From an uncultured Gammaproteobacteria bacterium (GTDB taxonomy: Bacteria > Patescibacteriota > Microgenomatia > UBA8517): 64,000 nt of DNA. Below, in pieces: positions 20,257 to 30,676 of this stretch. The stretch spans positions 3,262 to 67,261 of the forward strand of contig CAZDKH010000004.1 of assembly GCA_964506225.1 (NCBI GenBank), written 5' to 3'. Every line of letters begins with the position of its first letter. The first letter of the stretch is position 1. The notes under the pieces were generated by a model, which did no database searches, had not been told where the DNA came from, and saw only the letters and a list, made by a program, of their open reading frames with translations. A program made the translations under genes and the position numbers.

Positions 20257-20430
20257 TTACTTTAGGCTTGTTGTTTCTTTGTGCAGAGTAACTTTTTTGC
20301 AGTGTTTGCAATACTTTTTAATAGTTAATTTTCCCTCCATATTAACTTTATTGCGGGTTGTAACATAGTTTCTGTTTTTACACTCTGGACAAACAAGTCC
20401 AACTATTTCCCGGGCTCCCTTTTTTGCCAT
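20257..20430 (-). CDS. rpmG: 50S ribosomal protein L33, Zn-binding type (not in ORF track)
   Basis: [24 protein letters not shown]...[15 protein letters not shown]; between tRNA-Thr and tRNA-Trp. Confidence 0.96.
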   Translation of the reverse strand: MAKKGAREIVGLVCPECKNRNYVTTRNKVNMEGKLTIKKYCKHCKKVTLHKETTSLK

Positions 20431-20473
20431 AAACGCTATTCTATACGACTACCTAGTGTAAATTCAATTTTTG

Positions 20474-20546
20474 AGCCCAAGAGCGGGATTGAACCGCTGA
20501 CCTTGCCCTTACCAAGGGCACGCTCTGCCAACTGAGCTACTTGGGC
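20474..20546 (-). tRNA. tRNA-Thr(GGT)
   Basis: GCCCAAGTAGCTCAG...TTGGTAA...GGTTCAATCC. Confidence 0.95.
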
Positions 20547-20620
20547 AGTGTTCAAATTATAGCAAAAATGTTAAAATAAACATAACCTGTCGTAGGGTTA
20601 GGAAGAAGTACTTAAAATTT

Positions 20621-20705
20621 GCTGCGGTGGCAGAGTGGACAATTGCACGGGTCTGTAGAACCCGCGGCCGAAAGGCCTACGGAGGTTCGAATCCTTCCCG
20701 CAGCA
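20621..20705 (+). tRNA. tRNA-Tyr(GTA)
   Basis: anticodon loop CTGTAGA, long variable arm GGCCGAAAGGCC, GGTTCGAATCC. Confidence 0.95.
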
Positions 20706-20757
20706 CTCGCTTGTGCTCGTGCTTTGGTCAGATTCAGTCACCTCGTAATCTAAAACT

Positions 20758-21708
20758 GTGTGTAGCGAATCCTTTCCGCTAAACTTGACTAAGTTACTGA
20801 AACTTCTTTTATTGGCTTTGTGCTTTTTCCTTCTTATCTTTTTAACAGTTATCTTTATTAATAAAAATCAATTGCGTATTGATAATCTTTTGCCGACACG
20901 TCTTCTGACTAAAGATGACGATAATAAGGTAACTATTCTTCTTATAGGTGATGTGATGCTTGGGAGAACTGTTATGACACATTCATTAGATAAGGTAGGG
21001 GATCCTAGATACCCATTTTTTAAAGTTGCCGAAACTCTCCGCAAGGCAGATCTTGTTTTTATCAATTTAGAAAATCCTGTTATTCAAAATTGTCCAAGAC
21101 ACTCTGAAGGCTTTAAATTTTGTGCTGATCCCAAAATGGTCGAGGGATTAACCTACGCGGGAGTTGATGTTGTTAATCTGGCAAACAATCACTCACGCAA
21201 CTACGGCCAAGATGGCCTAAATCAGACAGTGGACTATTTAAACAAAGCCGGTATGCAAGTTACCGGCCTTAACGCTTTAGCAATCCGGCAGTTTAATAAT
21301 GTTAAATTCGGCTTTCTGGGCTTTGATTTTGTCACAAACCAAGCAAAAAATTCGGATTATGAGCTTGTCAAATCATCCGATTCAAAAGTTGATGTACTAA
21401 TAGTCGGAGTCCATTGGGGGAGCGAGTATCAGCCAAAAGCCAATCCAAGTCAAAAGTCTTGGGCGCGCAAACTAGTTGAAAACGGAGCCGATGTGGTTAT
21501 CGGCCACCATCCCCATTGGGTTCAAGAGTTAGAATACCCAATCTATTATTCCTTAGGTAACTTTGTTTTTGATCAGATGTGGAGTGAAGAAACCAGAAAA
21601 GGACTGGCAGTAAGACTCACTTTTGAGGGGAAAAAATTAATCAAAGAAGACTTACTGCCTTGTTATATGTCTTCTTGGGCGCAACCGGAGTTTATTGAGA
21701 GAAACTGA
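20758..21708 (+). CDS. CapA/PgsA-family metallophosphoesterase
   Basis: GDVML, INLEN, LANNH, HWG.EY, GHHPH, YSLGNF; start uncertain. Confidence 0.9.
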   Translation: MCSESFPLNLTKLLKLLLLALCFFLLIFLTVIFINKNQLRIDNLLPTRLLTKDDDNKVTILLIGDVMLGRTVMTHSLDKVGDPRYPFFKVAETLRKADLVFINLENPVIQNCPRHSEGFKFCADPKMVEGLTYAGVDVVNLANNHSRNYGQDGLNQTVDYLNKAGMQVTGLNALAIRQFNNVKFGFLGFDFVTNQAKNSDYELVKSSDSKVDVLIVGVHWGSEYQPKANPSQKSWARKLVENGADVVIGHHPHWVQELEYPIYYSLGNFVFDQMWSEETRKGLAVRLTFEGKKLIKEDLLPCYMSSWAQPEFIERN

Positions 21709-21732
21709 AATATTATAGTATGATGAATTAAG

Positions 21733-22329
21733 GTGAAGTCGGATTTTCGCTACTTTATGACCAGAAAAAGGATTATATCAATACTGGGGATCATGATTAT
21801 CTTTTTTACAATACCCATTACAGTGCGCCTTGTGCAGCAAAAACAAGTGGTGCAGCAGGCTCAAGTTGGCAGGGCGGTCTTGGAAATTGTGCCTACCAGA
21901 CAAACGCTTACGAAAGGGGAAAGGGGTACTTTTGAAGTTTTATTGAACCCGAACAGAGAGAGGGTGCGTCTAATAAGAATTCTTCTTAGTTATGACCCTC
22001 AATTTCTCGAGATTGAAAAAGTGAGTATTGGAGATGTGTTTGAAAAAATGCTTGATATTTCAGAGATGGCACTTATCAATACAAGGAATTTTTCGACCCC
22101 CGGCACTATTAATTATGAAATTAGTTTTTCCCACGGCAGTAGCAAATACCTTAGCGAAGTTGCAAGTGTTGCCAAGGTGTATTTTACGGCTCTTAAGTCT
22201 GGCTTTTCCAATGTTACCTTTCTTACCTCAAATCAACCACCAACCAGTGCACTTATCAATGAATCAGGAGATGATGTTTTAAATCGCGGTTTTGGCGCAA
22301 CTATCAAAATAAACCCCGCGCCTCTGTAA
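21733..22329 (+). CDS. membrane-anchored cohesin-like domain protein
   Basis: TM helix then beta-rich domain with LSYDPQFLEI and VAKVYFTA. Confidence 0.65.
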   Translation: MKSDFRYFMTRKRIISILGIMIIFFTIPITVRLVQQKQVVQQAQVGRAVLEIVPTRQTLTKGERGTFEVLLNPNRERVRLIRILLSYDPQFLEIEKVSIGDVFEKMLDISEMALINTRNFSTPGTINYEISFSHGSSKYLSEVASVAKVYFTALKSGFSNVTFLTSNQPPTSALINESGDDVLNRGFGATIKINPAPL

Positions 22330-22376
22330 GAAATTTCAAAGCAAAAGCCGGGCTTCTTTTTACTAATTCTATGGAC

Positions 22377-22451
22377 TGGAGCCGACTTAGGGATTCGAAC
22401 CCTAGACCTGCTGTTTACAAAACAGCTGCTCTACCGCTGAGCTAAGTCGGC
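22377..22451 (-). tRNA. tRNA-Thr(TGT), CCA encoded
   Basis: GCCGACTTAGCTCAGCGG...TTTGTAA...GGTTCGAATCC...TCCA. Confidence 0.96.
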
Positions 22452-22463
22452 GACTTAAATTAT

Positions 22464-22615
22464 AACCCCGCTCTCGGGCGCTAGGAGAGCATTTCCCTGG
22501 GAAAGTTCAGGTGGTTGGGCTCAGCTCGTTCGCCACGGCGAACGGCAATTTGCCCATCCATAGGGAAATGTGGTCAGGGAAAATTCCTCCCCTAGACGTT
22601 CCCTAAAGCAGGGTC
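22464..22615 (-). ncRNA. probable 6S RNA
   Basis: about 150-nt rod-like hairpin: GACCCTGCT/AGCGGGGTT closing stem, CTAGG/CCTAG, CATTTCCCT/AGGGAAATG, GGATGGGC/GCCCAACC, apical CGTTCGCC/GGCGAACG; TAAAAT upstream. Confidence 0.65.
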
Positions 22616-22632
22616 ATCTATATTTTATCAGA

Positions 22633-23280
22633 TTAGACAAGACTTTGCCCGGGTAGAAGAATGGACAAAATTGTATTGATAACCGGATTTATAAGATAGT
22701 AAACTGCTGGTCTGCCATTGATAAGGGGTAATATCAAAAACATAAGAAGTATAAGGCCTGACTGTCTTAAAAAAAGATCTACCTTTTCGGCATCCTCATC
22801 GGGTAAAAGACCTACAAGGATCTTGCCTCCGTCCAGTGGATGAATGGGTATTAAATTGAATATTGCCAACATAACATTAAGGGTAATGACCGGTAGTAGA
22901 AATGGCACTAAAAAATAGACGGGGGAAAAAGGGGAGGTAATAATCCTTACTAAAACTGCCAAAATACTGGCAACAATAAGATTTGAGGCAGGGCCGGCAA
23001 GTGAAATCAGGGCGCTGTCTCTTTTGGGATTTTTCAGGTTATAAAGGTCAAAAACCACCGGTTTTCCCCAACCAAAGCGCACAAGAAGAAGCATCAGGGT
23101 TCCAATAGGGTCAAGGTGGGCGAGAGGATTTAAGGTAAGTCTTCCTTGAAGCCTGGGGGTAGGATCCCCAAGCTTATCTGCAACAAAAGCATGCGCAAAT
23201 TCGTGAACAGTAATGGCCACCAGCAAAGCTATCGCCCAGGCGATAAAAAGAAAAGGATTTGAAAATAAAAAATCAAGCAT
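22633..23280 (-). CDS. site-2 protease family (peptidase M50)
   Basis: HEFAH, AGPASN, FNLIPIHPLDG. Confidence 0.92.
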   Translation of the reverse strand: MLDFLFSNPFLFIAWAIALLVAITVHEFAHAFVADKLGDPTPRLQGRLTLNPLAHLDPIGTLMLLLVRFGWGKPVVFDLYNLKNPKRDSALISLAGPASNLIVASILAVLVRIITSPFSPVYFLVPFLLPVITLNVMLAIFNLIPIHPLDGGKILVGLLPDEDAEKVDLFLRQSGLILLMFLILPLINGRPAVYYLINPVINTILSILLPGQSLV

Positions 23281-23356
23281 TTGAGATATAAAGCCTTAGA
23301 TATTATAATACATTTATTGCAATTTTTATTTGCATTATAAATTTTAAATTATTTTC

Positions 23357-23617
23357 ATGGCTATTTGCGAAAATTGTGGAAAAAGAAATGTTATCGGTCG
23401 AAGCCAAAAGCACCGGAGGGGGGTCGCGGGAAAGCGTTGGAAAAAGAAAGCTCAAGCCACTCCCCGCACTTTTAAGGCTAATATCCAAAATGCAACTGTA
23501 ATTTTAGCCGGTAAACTAAAAGTAATGAAACTTTGTACAAAATGTATTAAAAGATTTAAAAAAGAAGGCAAAATTAAATCTTTTCGCAAAACTCAAAGTG
23601 TGGGTAGCCCTGTCTAA
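23357..23617 (+). CDS. rpmB: 50S ribosomal protein L28
   Basis: CENCGK...RTFKANIQ...LCTKCIK. Confidence 0.92.
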   Translation: MAICENCGKRNVIGRSQKHRRGVAGKRWKKKAQATPRTFKANIQNATVILAGKLKVMKLCTKCIKRFKKEGKIKSFRKTQSVGSPV

Positions 23618-24497
23618 ACTGCTTCCATATTACGGGTTTTTTTCCTTCCAGCTGAACATCATCTAGTGCAAGTTTGTCTTTTTCAATATGAGCTTTGAGT
23701 ATCTTTAGTCTTTTATACTTTTTAATCTTGGATTTAGGATTCTCAACTATCCAAGTATAGACTCCGGGCCAGGGAGATAAAGCTCGTATATATCTTTCCA
23801 GAATTTCTGGAACCAAGGGGACTGATGAATCCTTTATAAAAGGGATAGAAAAGTTTTGAGAGGGAAGATTTCCTTCAAGGGCGCCTTTTATAACTTGGGG
23901 TTTGATATAGCCGTCCTCTTTTTTGATAATTTTACAGTAAGTTGCTTTTGCATGATTTTGTTGAGTAAGTGAGAGCTTTCCCTCGCAGTAATTGGTTAAA
24001 ATAAATGGCAAGGTTTCAGCGGCCACCTTAAATAGCCTTTTGTATAAGGATTCTTGGGTGTCGCCGCGCTTTATTTTTTCTTCTATTTGAGCAAGTATGG
24101 GGCCGTGGTCGAACTCTTCATCCATCTTGATAAAAGTAACTCCGGTTATTTTATCTCCGGTTGCAATAGCTGCCTGAACCGGAGAGGGTCCGCGCCAGCG
24201 AGGAAGTAGGGATGGATGGATGTTGATAATTCCAAGCTTGTTGAAGTTAACAAGTTTCTCAGGAATATAAAGCCCAAAATAAGCAGACACCATAATATCG
24301 GGCTTTTTGGAGATAATCCAGCTAATCTCTTTTGGTCCCAACTTGGTGGTTTTAAGAACAAAAAAATTCGACTTTGTTGCAAGCGTATCTGCCACGCTCG
24401 GAGGAGAGACCAAAGCAAGAAGTTCAAACTTTTTTTGCAAGGTTTCAAGTATCGGTAGTGCTCTCTCACTTGAACTAAAAAAAACCACCTTTATCAT
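23574..24497 (-). CDS. fmt: methionyl-tRNA formyltransferase
   Basis: INIHPSLLPRWRGPSP, IRALSPWPG; next to def. Confidence 0.95.
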   Translation of the reverse strand: MIKVVFFSSSERALPILETLQKKFELLALVSPPSVADTLATKSNFFVLKTTKLGPKEISWIISKKPDIMVSAYFGLYIPEKLVNFNKLGIINIHPSLLPRWRGPSPVQAAIATGDKITGVTFIKMDEEFDHGPILAQIEEKIKRGDTQESLYKRLFKVAAETLPFILTNYCEGKLSLTQQNHAKATYCKIIKKEDGYIKPQVIKGALEGNLPSQNFSIPFIKDSSVPLVPEILERYIRALSPWPGVYTWIVENPKSKIKKYKRLKILKAHIEKDKLALDDVQLEGKKPVIWKQFRQGYPHFEFCEKI

Positions 24498-25034
24498 TTA
24501 TTTCAATTCCACTTCTTCCCAGCCTTCTTTTGAAGCTTTATATAAAGGCTTTCTCTGCTTTAGAACATGATCCGTAAAAAGAATTCCGTTAAGGTGGTCA
24601 GTTTCATGCTGAACTATCCTTGCCATAAAACCCGAAAAGCTCTCAACTATTAACTTGCCTTTTTCATTGAGGTAGCGAATTTTGATTTTTTTTGCTCTTT
24701 CAATTGGACTATAATAGTGGGGAATTGATAGGCAGCCTTCAAGCTCTCTGTGATCTTTGTTTTCTGAAGTTTCAAAGTTTACCTTTTCTTTGGAGATGTT
24801 TAGAATTTCTGGATTTATGACAACGCGTCTTTGATTATCAAAACTAACGACAAAAATTGCCAAATTTTTGCCTATTTGAGGTGCGGCAAGAGCAACTCCT
24901 TCAGGATCTTTTTGAGCCTCAAGAGTCTCATGCATGTCCTTGACAAGTCGCAAAATCCTTTTATCAATTTTTTGAACCCTTTTTGCTTTTTTGCGCAGGA
25001 TAGGGTCTTTTACCCCGACTATTTTTCTAACCAT
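24498..25034 (-). CDS. def: peptide deformylase
   Basis: GVALAAPQIG, EGCLS, QHETDHLNG. Confidence 0.97.
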   Translation of the reverse strand: MVRKIVGVKDPILRKKAKRVQKIDKRILRLVKDMHETLEAQKDPEGVALAAPQIGKNLAIFVVSFDNQRRVVINPEILNISKEKVNFETSENKDHRELEGCLSIPHYYSPIERAKKIKIRYLNEKGKLIVESFSGFMARIVQHETDHLNGILFTDHVLKQRKPLYKASKEGWEEVELK

Positions 25035-25103
25035 ATAATTTTACCCATCAATTATACCAAAATCACCCCAAAACGCATTTTTCAAAAAAATTGGGAGATT
25101 TTG

Positions 25104-27056
25104 TTAATCTGGGAAGGTTGTTTGGTCGATAAGAAGCATTCTTGCCTTTATTGCCTTTTCATAATCTGGCTTTAATGATATAGCTTTCTCGAATGCCTGA
25201 AGGGCTTTTTCTTTCTTATTTGCACGAATTAGGGAGATTCCAAGAAAGTAGAATGTTTTTGGGTCAGTGGGGGCAAGAAGTGTGATTTCCTCTAGGGTGG
25301 CAATAGACATTTCTGAGTACTTTTCATCAACGTTTGCAAGGTCCACGAGAATGTTGGCTCTGGAGCGCATAAGATTTAGATTTTTAGGCGAGAGCAACCT
25401 TACCTTTTCAAGTTCATTAAAAGAAAGGTCGCCGGCTTCAGCTTGAGCATAGACATTGGCAAGTTCGTCATGATAGACAGGCTCGTTGGGCATTAAAAAA
25501 ATAGCTTTCTTTATGTTGGAAAAAGCTTGAGCAGTGTTCCCCTCGTCGATTTCACTTTTAGCTTTTGCATAATAAATATCGGCCAGCCAATACTTACAAA
25601 TTATAAGTAGTATGTAGAATGTAGTAAGTAGCAAGGGAATTACAAGAACCCGGCCAAATAAAAATTTTTTGTATTTTGGAGCTTTTACTAGAAAGCTTGA
25701 GGAGACAGAGAAAGCCGGTAAAAGAAAAAATAAAATGGAGGTTGTAACAACTGAAAAACCAAAAAAATTGGTAATAAGTAAGCTGGCATAGCCAGCAATT
25801 AGTGCACAGTTCATGGTGTATGGTTTATAACTATCTAATTTTGAATTTTGAATTTTGAATTTTGAAAATTGTGCTGCGGAAAACAGAATCACTGTTAAAT
25901 AACTTCCGAGCCCTAGAATTCCCGTGTTGGCAAGATAATTCAGATATTCATTATGTGCTTTGTTGTAGATAAAGTCCCATTCAGAAGTAAGATTGTGTTC
26001 GACAGGCCTGAATTGGTAATAGGAAAAAGCAAAAGTTTCAACACCAGTTCCCCAAAAAGGGTAATGTTTCCAGATGTCTATCGCACCTTTCCACACTATC
26101 TTACGAATTTCCCCTGATTCGGTTCCGCCCTCAAAGGTAGTATTTTGTATATTGGATATAGTATTTGGGACTTTTTTACTTATTATTTGGTTAAGATTTG
26201 GGGTCCAGGGGGTGCCAATAATAAGAGTGGTGAGTAAAAAGGAAACAGTGATAAGGGAAAAAATTTTTAAAACCTTTTTTTTGTAAAAAAACAATGCTGG
26301 AAGCCAAAAAATTAAGTAAGCTCCTGCAAAACCCAGAAGTCCCGAGCGTGATTTGGTATACAAAAGCGCAAGAAACATGATCGCCGAAGCAAAAAACCAG
26401 AAAATTGTGTTTTTCTTTGAAACTTTGAAAATTTGAAACTTTGAAACGAGTTGCGTCCACGCCAAGGGCGTAAGCGCAACGATAAAGGCAGCCAGCCAGT
26501 TTGGTTGTCCAAAGGTTGCAAAAACCCTTTCCTGCACTTTTTGAACCCAGCAGTCTGTGTTAAAGTTGCCTCGAATCAACAAACAACTTGGGCTTTTTCC
26601 AAAGTGCTCAAGAATTCCCCAGAGGGAGGCGATGAATCCGCTAGCAAGAAGCGAATAGAGAACTTTTTTGGTCTCTTTTGCATCCATGTTAGCAACAAAT
26701 GCCCAGTAAAGAAGAAGATAGGAGATTGTTGAAAGAAGCCCTCCGTTAAACCTGCCGTAATAACCAAAGATAGAGGTTCTTGTATCCATTGAAAAAATTG
26801 TTGAAAGGATTTGCGAAAAAAGAAAAAGCAGTAAAGGAATGTCTAACATTGTGCGACGAAAAATAATTTTTCCTTCTTGAATCATTCTCAAAATCCAAAG
26901 AGATATTATGATTGTGGTAATAAAATAGATAAGAACCATCTTATTAAACTCAAAAATTTCAGAAGTGTAAGGAAGAAAAATCAAAGGAGTGGCAAAGAAT
27001 ATAAATGAGAAGAAAAAAGAGATTAGCTTTGTAGGAAGAGCTTTCTTGGTTATCAT
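25104..27056 (-). CDS. O-antigen ligase/Wzy_C-family membrane protein with C-terminal TPRs
   Basis: multi-TM; TFGQPN, TKSRSG, GTGVETF, KAHNEY; TPR-like tail. Confidence 0.88.
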   Translation of the reverse strand: MITKKALPTKLISFFFSFIFFATPLIFLPYTSEIFEFNKMVLIYFITTIIISLWILRMIQEGKIIFRRTMLDIPLLLFLFSQILSTIFSMDTRTSIFGYYGRFNGGLLSTISYLLLYWAFVANMDAKETKKVLYSLLASGFIASLWGILEHFGKSPSCLLIRGNFNTDCWVQKVQERVFATFGQPNWLAAFIVALTPLAWTQLVSKFQIFKVSKKNTIFWFFASAIMFLALLYTKSRSGLLGFAGAYLIFWLPALFFYKKKVLKIFSLITVSFLLTTLIIGTPWTPNLNQIISKKVPNTISNIQNTTFEGGTESGEIRKIVWKGAIDIWKHYPFWGTGVETFAFSYYQFRPVEHNLTSEWDFIYNKAHNEYLNYLANTGILGLGSYLTVILFSAAQFSKFKIQNSKLDSYKPYTMNCALIAGYASLLITNFFGFSVVTTSILFFLLPAFSVSSSFLVKAPKYKKFLFGRVLVIPLLLTTFYILLIICKYWLADIYYAKAKSEIDEGNTAQAFSNIKKAIFLMPNEPVYHDELANVYAQAEAGDLSFNELEKVRLLSPKNLNLMRSRANILVDLANVDEKYSEMSIATLEEITLLAPTDPKTFYFLGISLIRANKKEKALQAFEKAISLKPDYEKAIKARMLLIDQTTFPD

Positions 27057-27137
27057 AATTTCCCCACTAGTATAATCTTTTTAAATTCTTCTTTGCATCT
27101 TACACTTTTCAAGTTATACTCTGGGCGAGAACTAAAT

Positions 27138-28253
27138 ATGGACGTTAAAGGCATCTTAACTAGAGTTTCAAAGATTCCCAAAATCATAAGGGTATCCTCA
27201 CCCTTGGATAAAATTTTTAGTCTTATTTCTCACGATATTGGTATAGATTTGGGAACAGCCAATACCTTGGTTTATGTTTTGGGCAAAGGAATTGTAATAA
27301 GAGAACCCTCGGCCGTTGCCCGGCACAAAAAGACCAAAGAGATTTTGGCGATTGGTTTGGGAGCAAAGAAAATGGTCGGTCGAACTCCTCAAACTATTGA
27401 GGCAGTCAGACCCCTTAAAGATGGCGTAATTGCGGATTTTGACGCAGCTGCCGCAATGCTTTCTCACTATATTAAAAAAGTCCACGATTCTGGAACTATC
27501 GTTCCCAAAGTTCCAAGACCCAAAATAGTCATTGGTATTCCTTCGGGAGTTACGGAGGTGGAACGGCGTGCCGTGGCCGACGCTTCTCTTTCTGCTGGCG
27601 CTCGTGAGGCGCACCTTATTGAAGAGTCAATTGCGGGGGCGTTGGGAGCTGGACTGCCCATCAAAGAGCCGCGTGGAACTTTTATAGTCGATATTGGAGG
27701 TGGAACAACTGAAATTGCCCTTATTTCACTAGGAGGAATTGTTATCGGCAATTCTATAAGAACCGCGGGGGATGAGATGGATGAGGCAATTGTTAATTAC
27801 GTGCGTTTGAAATATTCACTTCTTTTGGGTAAACCAACGGCAGAGGAAGTCAAAATAGCAATAGGTTCCGCCTACGCAGGTAAGAATAGTAAGCAAAAAT
27901 TTGCAGTGGTAAGAGGCAGAGATTTAGAAACTGGCTTGCCAAAATCTGTGAGACTTTCCGAAGAAGAAATCAGGGAGGCTTTGGCGCCTGTAGTTCAAGA
28001 AATAGTGGCTGCGATTCGTGATACCTTAGAGGAGGCTCCGCCCGAGCTTGTGAGCGACGTTATGGATAAAGGTATAGTGATGGCCGGAGGAGGGTCACTT
28101 TTGGCAGGGATAGACAAAGCCATAACAGAGGTTACAAAAATGCCGGTTCATATTGCGAATGACCCCATGAGTTGTGTTGTCAGGGGATGCGGCAAGGTCT
28201 TGGAAAACCCCAGCCTCCTGGAAGAAATAAAAGTGACAAGTGGTATTAAGTAG
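27138..28253 (+). CDS. mreB: rod shape-determining protein MreB
   Basis: IGIDLGTANT, VDIGGGTTE, AGGGSLL. Confidence 0.96.
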   Translation: MDVKGILTRVSKIPKIIRVSSPLDKIFSLISHDIGIDLGTANTLVYVLGKGIVIREPSAVARHKKTKEILAIGLGAKKMVGRTPQTIEAVRPLKDGVIADFDAAAAMLSHYIKKVHDSGTIVPKVPRPKIVIGIPSGVTEVERRAVADASLSAGAREAHLIEESIAGALGAGLPIKEPRGTFIVDIGGGTTEIALISLGGIVIGNSIRTAGDEMDEAIVNYVRLKYSLLLGKPTAEEVKIAIGSAYAGKNSKQKFAVVRGRDLETGLPKSVRLSEEEIREALAPVVQEIVAAIRDTLEEAPPELVSDVMDKGIVMAGGGSLLAGIDKAITEVTKMPVHIANDPMSCVVRGCGKVLENPSLLEEIKVTSGIK

Positions 28254-28321
28254 ATAGGCCTTATAAGGGCTTTTTACTTCTTCTTGAAAAATTTCTCAAA
28301 ATAGGTGAAACTGCCTATGAA

Positions 28322-29941
28322 GTGGAATCGTTGGCAAAACCTGTTGAACAAAGCTGGCTTTCTTGGTTTGCGAAAGGACTGTTGGCGCTAACTTTTATTG
28401 TAATTATCGGGCGTCTTTTTGAGCTGCAAATCATTAAAGGAGGATATTTCAGATCCCTTGCAGAGGAAAACAGAGTGAGAAAAATTCCGATTATGGCTCC
28501 ACGGGGAAAGGTATTGGCGAGGGGAGGAGAAGAAATCATCAGTAACAAAGAAGTCAAAAATCAAGGGATAGACGAAACTAACTTAGTGGATTTTATTACT
28601 GAATGGGAAAGAATTTATTCTCTGGGGTCAGCTTTAGCTCACGTCACGGGTTATCTTGGTGAGGTTAACGAAAAAGAAGTTGGAAAGGTTAACCCTGGCT
28701 GTCTTGAGAAAGGTCCTTATAGACTTGGTTCTTTGATAGGCAGAGGAGGACTGGAAGAATATTACGAGTGTACTCTTAGGGGTATTGACGGCGAAGAGCT
28801 TGTCGAAGTTGATACTTTTGGTCAAAAAGTGCGAGTTTTAGGAAGGAGGAAACCAGTTCCCGGCGAGGATATACAAACGACAATTGATTACAATCTTCAA
28901 AAAAAAGTCGTTGAGGTGATGGGTAGCGAAATCAAGGTGGGCAAGGAGAGGGTAATTCCAGCTAACAAATTAGGAGCAGTGGTGGCAACTGATACCAGGG
29001 GCGAGGTACTTGCTTTTTATTCTTCACCTTCTTTTGACCCCAATCTTTTTATGGATAAATCTGAAAACTCTCAAAAGACCCTTGCTAATTTACTTCAAGA
29101 TAAGAAATTACCCTTTTTTAACAGGGTTATTTCAGGATCATATCACCCAGGGTCGCTTTTTAAAATCGTTACTGCAACTGCAGCACTTGAAGAAGGAAAG
29201 ATTAACGAGGACTTTCGCTATACTGATATGGGTTTTATCAGCGTGGGGGATTTTTCTTACAAGAATTGGTATTTTACTCAATACGGTGGGGTTGAGGGAG
29301 AAATTGACTTAGTCAAGGCTATAGCTCGCTCGACGGACACCTTCTTTTATAAACTTGGAGAGTTGGTAGGTGCAGAGAGTTTGGCTTCTTGGGCCAAAAA
29401 ACTTGGACTTGGCAAAAAGGTAGGGATAGATTTACCTTCTGAAAAAGAGGGTCTGGTGCCAACACCAGACTGGAAAGAAAAAACTAAAGGAGAAAGGTGG
29501 TTTTTAGGTAATACCTATCACATGGCTATTGGTCAAGGGGATGTTGAGGTGACACCACTTCAGGCAAATATGCTCACCCTGTTTATTGCCTCAAAAGGTC
29601 TTTTGTGCAAGGCGCATCTAATTAAAACCAATGAAGGCGAATGCACTGAACTTAAAGTTAAAAAGGAGACTTTCGATCTGGTAAAAGAGGGGATGGTTGG
29701 AGCCTGCTCGCCCGGAGGAACCGCTTTCCCTTTCTTTGATTTCAAGCCCCAAGTAGCTTGTAAAACTGGTACAGCTGAAACAGGCACTAAAGAAAATTCT
29801 CACGCTTGGTTTACGGTTTTTGCCCCCGTTGACGAACCCAAAATCGTAGTCACGGTTTTTGTGGAAAATGGCGGGGAGGGTTCGTATGTTGCAGCGCCAA
29901 TTGCAAAGGAAATTCTAAAGTATTATTTTCAATCAAATTAA
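28322..29941 (+). CDS. mrdA: penicillin-binding protein 2 (class B transpeptidase)
   Basis: PGSLFK (SxxK), STD, KTGTAE; follows mreB. Confidence 0.88.
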   Translation: MESLAKPVEQSWLSWFAKGLLALTFIVIIGRLFELQIIKGGYFRSLAEENRVRKIPIMAPRGKVLARGGEEIISNKEVKNQGIDETNLVDFITEWERIYSLGSALAHVTGYLGEVNEKEVGKVNPGCLEKGPYRLGSLIGRGGLEEYYECTLRGIDGEELVEVDTFGQKVRVLGRRKPVPGEDIQTTIDYNLQKKVVEVMGSEIKVGKERVIPANKLGAVVATDTRGEVLAFYSSPSFDPNLFMDKSENSQKTLANLLQDKKLPFFNRVISGSYHPGSLFKIVTATAALEEGKINEDFRYTDMGFISVGDFSYKNWYFTQYGGVEGEIDLVKAIARSTDTFFYKLGELVGAESLASWAKKLGLGKKVGIDLPSEKEGLVPTPDWKEKTKGERWFLGNTYHMAIGQGDVEVTPLQANMLTLFIASKGLLCKAHLIKTNEGECTELKVKKETFDLVKEGMVGACSPGGTAFPFFDFKPQVACKTGTAETGTKENSHAWFTVFAPVDEPKIVVTVFVENGGEGSYVAAPIAKEILKYYFQSN

Positions 29942-30591
29942 TGACTTTAAAAGTAATTACCCTTAAATCAAATAATAAATTTTATCCGGAGAATTTGAAA
30001 ACAATTCAAAACCCACCCGAAAGACTTTATATATTAGGAAATGTTTTGAAGAAAGATGAGCTAGCTATTGCAATAGTGGGATCCCGAAGGATGACTTCTT
30101 ATGGTAAAAAAATGGCCTATAAATTTTCATTTGAACTGGCCAGAAAGGGGATTACCATTGTTTCCGGGTTGGCTCTTGGTATAGATACAATTGCTCACAA
30201 GGCAGCAATTGCAGCCCACGGAAGGACAATAGCAGTTTTGGGAAGTGGGATTGACGTCATTTACCCCCCGCAAAACAAAAAATTAGCAGAAGAAATTATC
30301 AAAAACGGCGCATTAATAAGCGAGTTTCCTCTTGGTACAAAACCTCTGGGAAAAAATTTTTTAGTTAGAAATAGAATTATTTCAGGATTAGCAAAGGCTA
30401 TATTGGTTGTTGAAGGCGGAAGAGTTAGTGGAACAATCTCAACGGCAACCTGGGCAGCAAATCAAGGGAAAGAAGTATTTGCCATTCCGGGCTCTCTTGA
30501 TTCCCCAATGAGCCAAGCAACCAATTATCTGATAAGTCAGGGGGCAAATATCGCAACAAAACCAGAGGATATAATTGAAATTTTAAAGTGA
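29941..30591 (+). CDS. dprA: DNA-processing protein DprA (core SMF domain only)
   Basis: AIVGSR, IVSGLALGID, RNRIISGL; upstream of topA. Confidence 0.93.
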   Translation: MTLKVITLKSNNKFYPENLKTIQNPPERLYILGNVLKKDELAIAIVGSRRMTSYGKKMAYKFSFELARKGITIVSGLALGIDTIAHKAAIAAHGRTIAVLGSGIDVIYPPQNKKLAEEIIKNGALISEFPLGTKPLGKNFLVRNRIISGLAKAILVVEGGRVSGTISTATWAANQGKEVFAIPGSLDSPMSQATNYLISQGANIATKPEDIIEILK

Positions 30592-30676
30592 AAAGTTCAA
30601 GGTTAGGCATTGAAATTAAAATTTAAATTTTAAATTGCAATTTTGAATTTTGCATTTTAAACTTTGAATTTGTATC
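30592..30676. repeat. AT-rich degenerate heptamer repeat region
   Basis: aaattaa aatttaa attttaa attgcaa ... ttttgaa ttttgca ttttaaa ctttgaa. Confidence 0.6.

Noticed and set aside
20183-20368. 61-aa plus-strand ORF
   Set aside because: Lies antisense over tRNA-Trp and rpmG.
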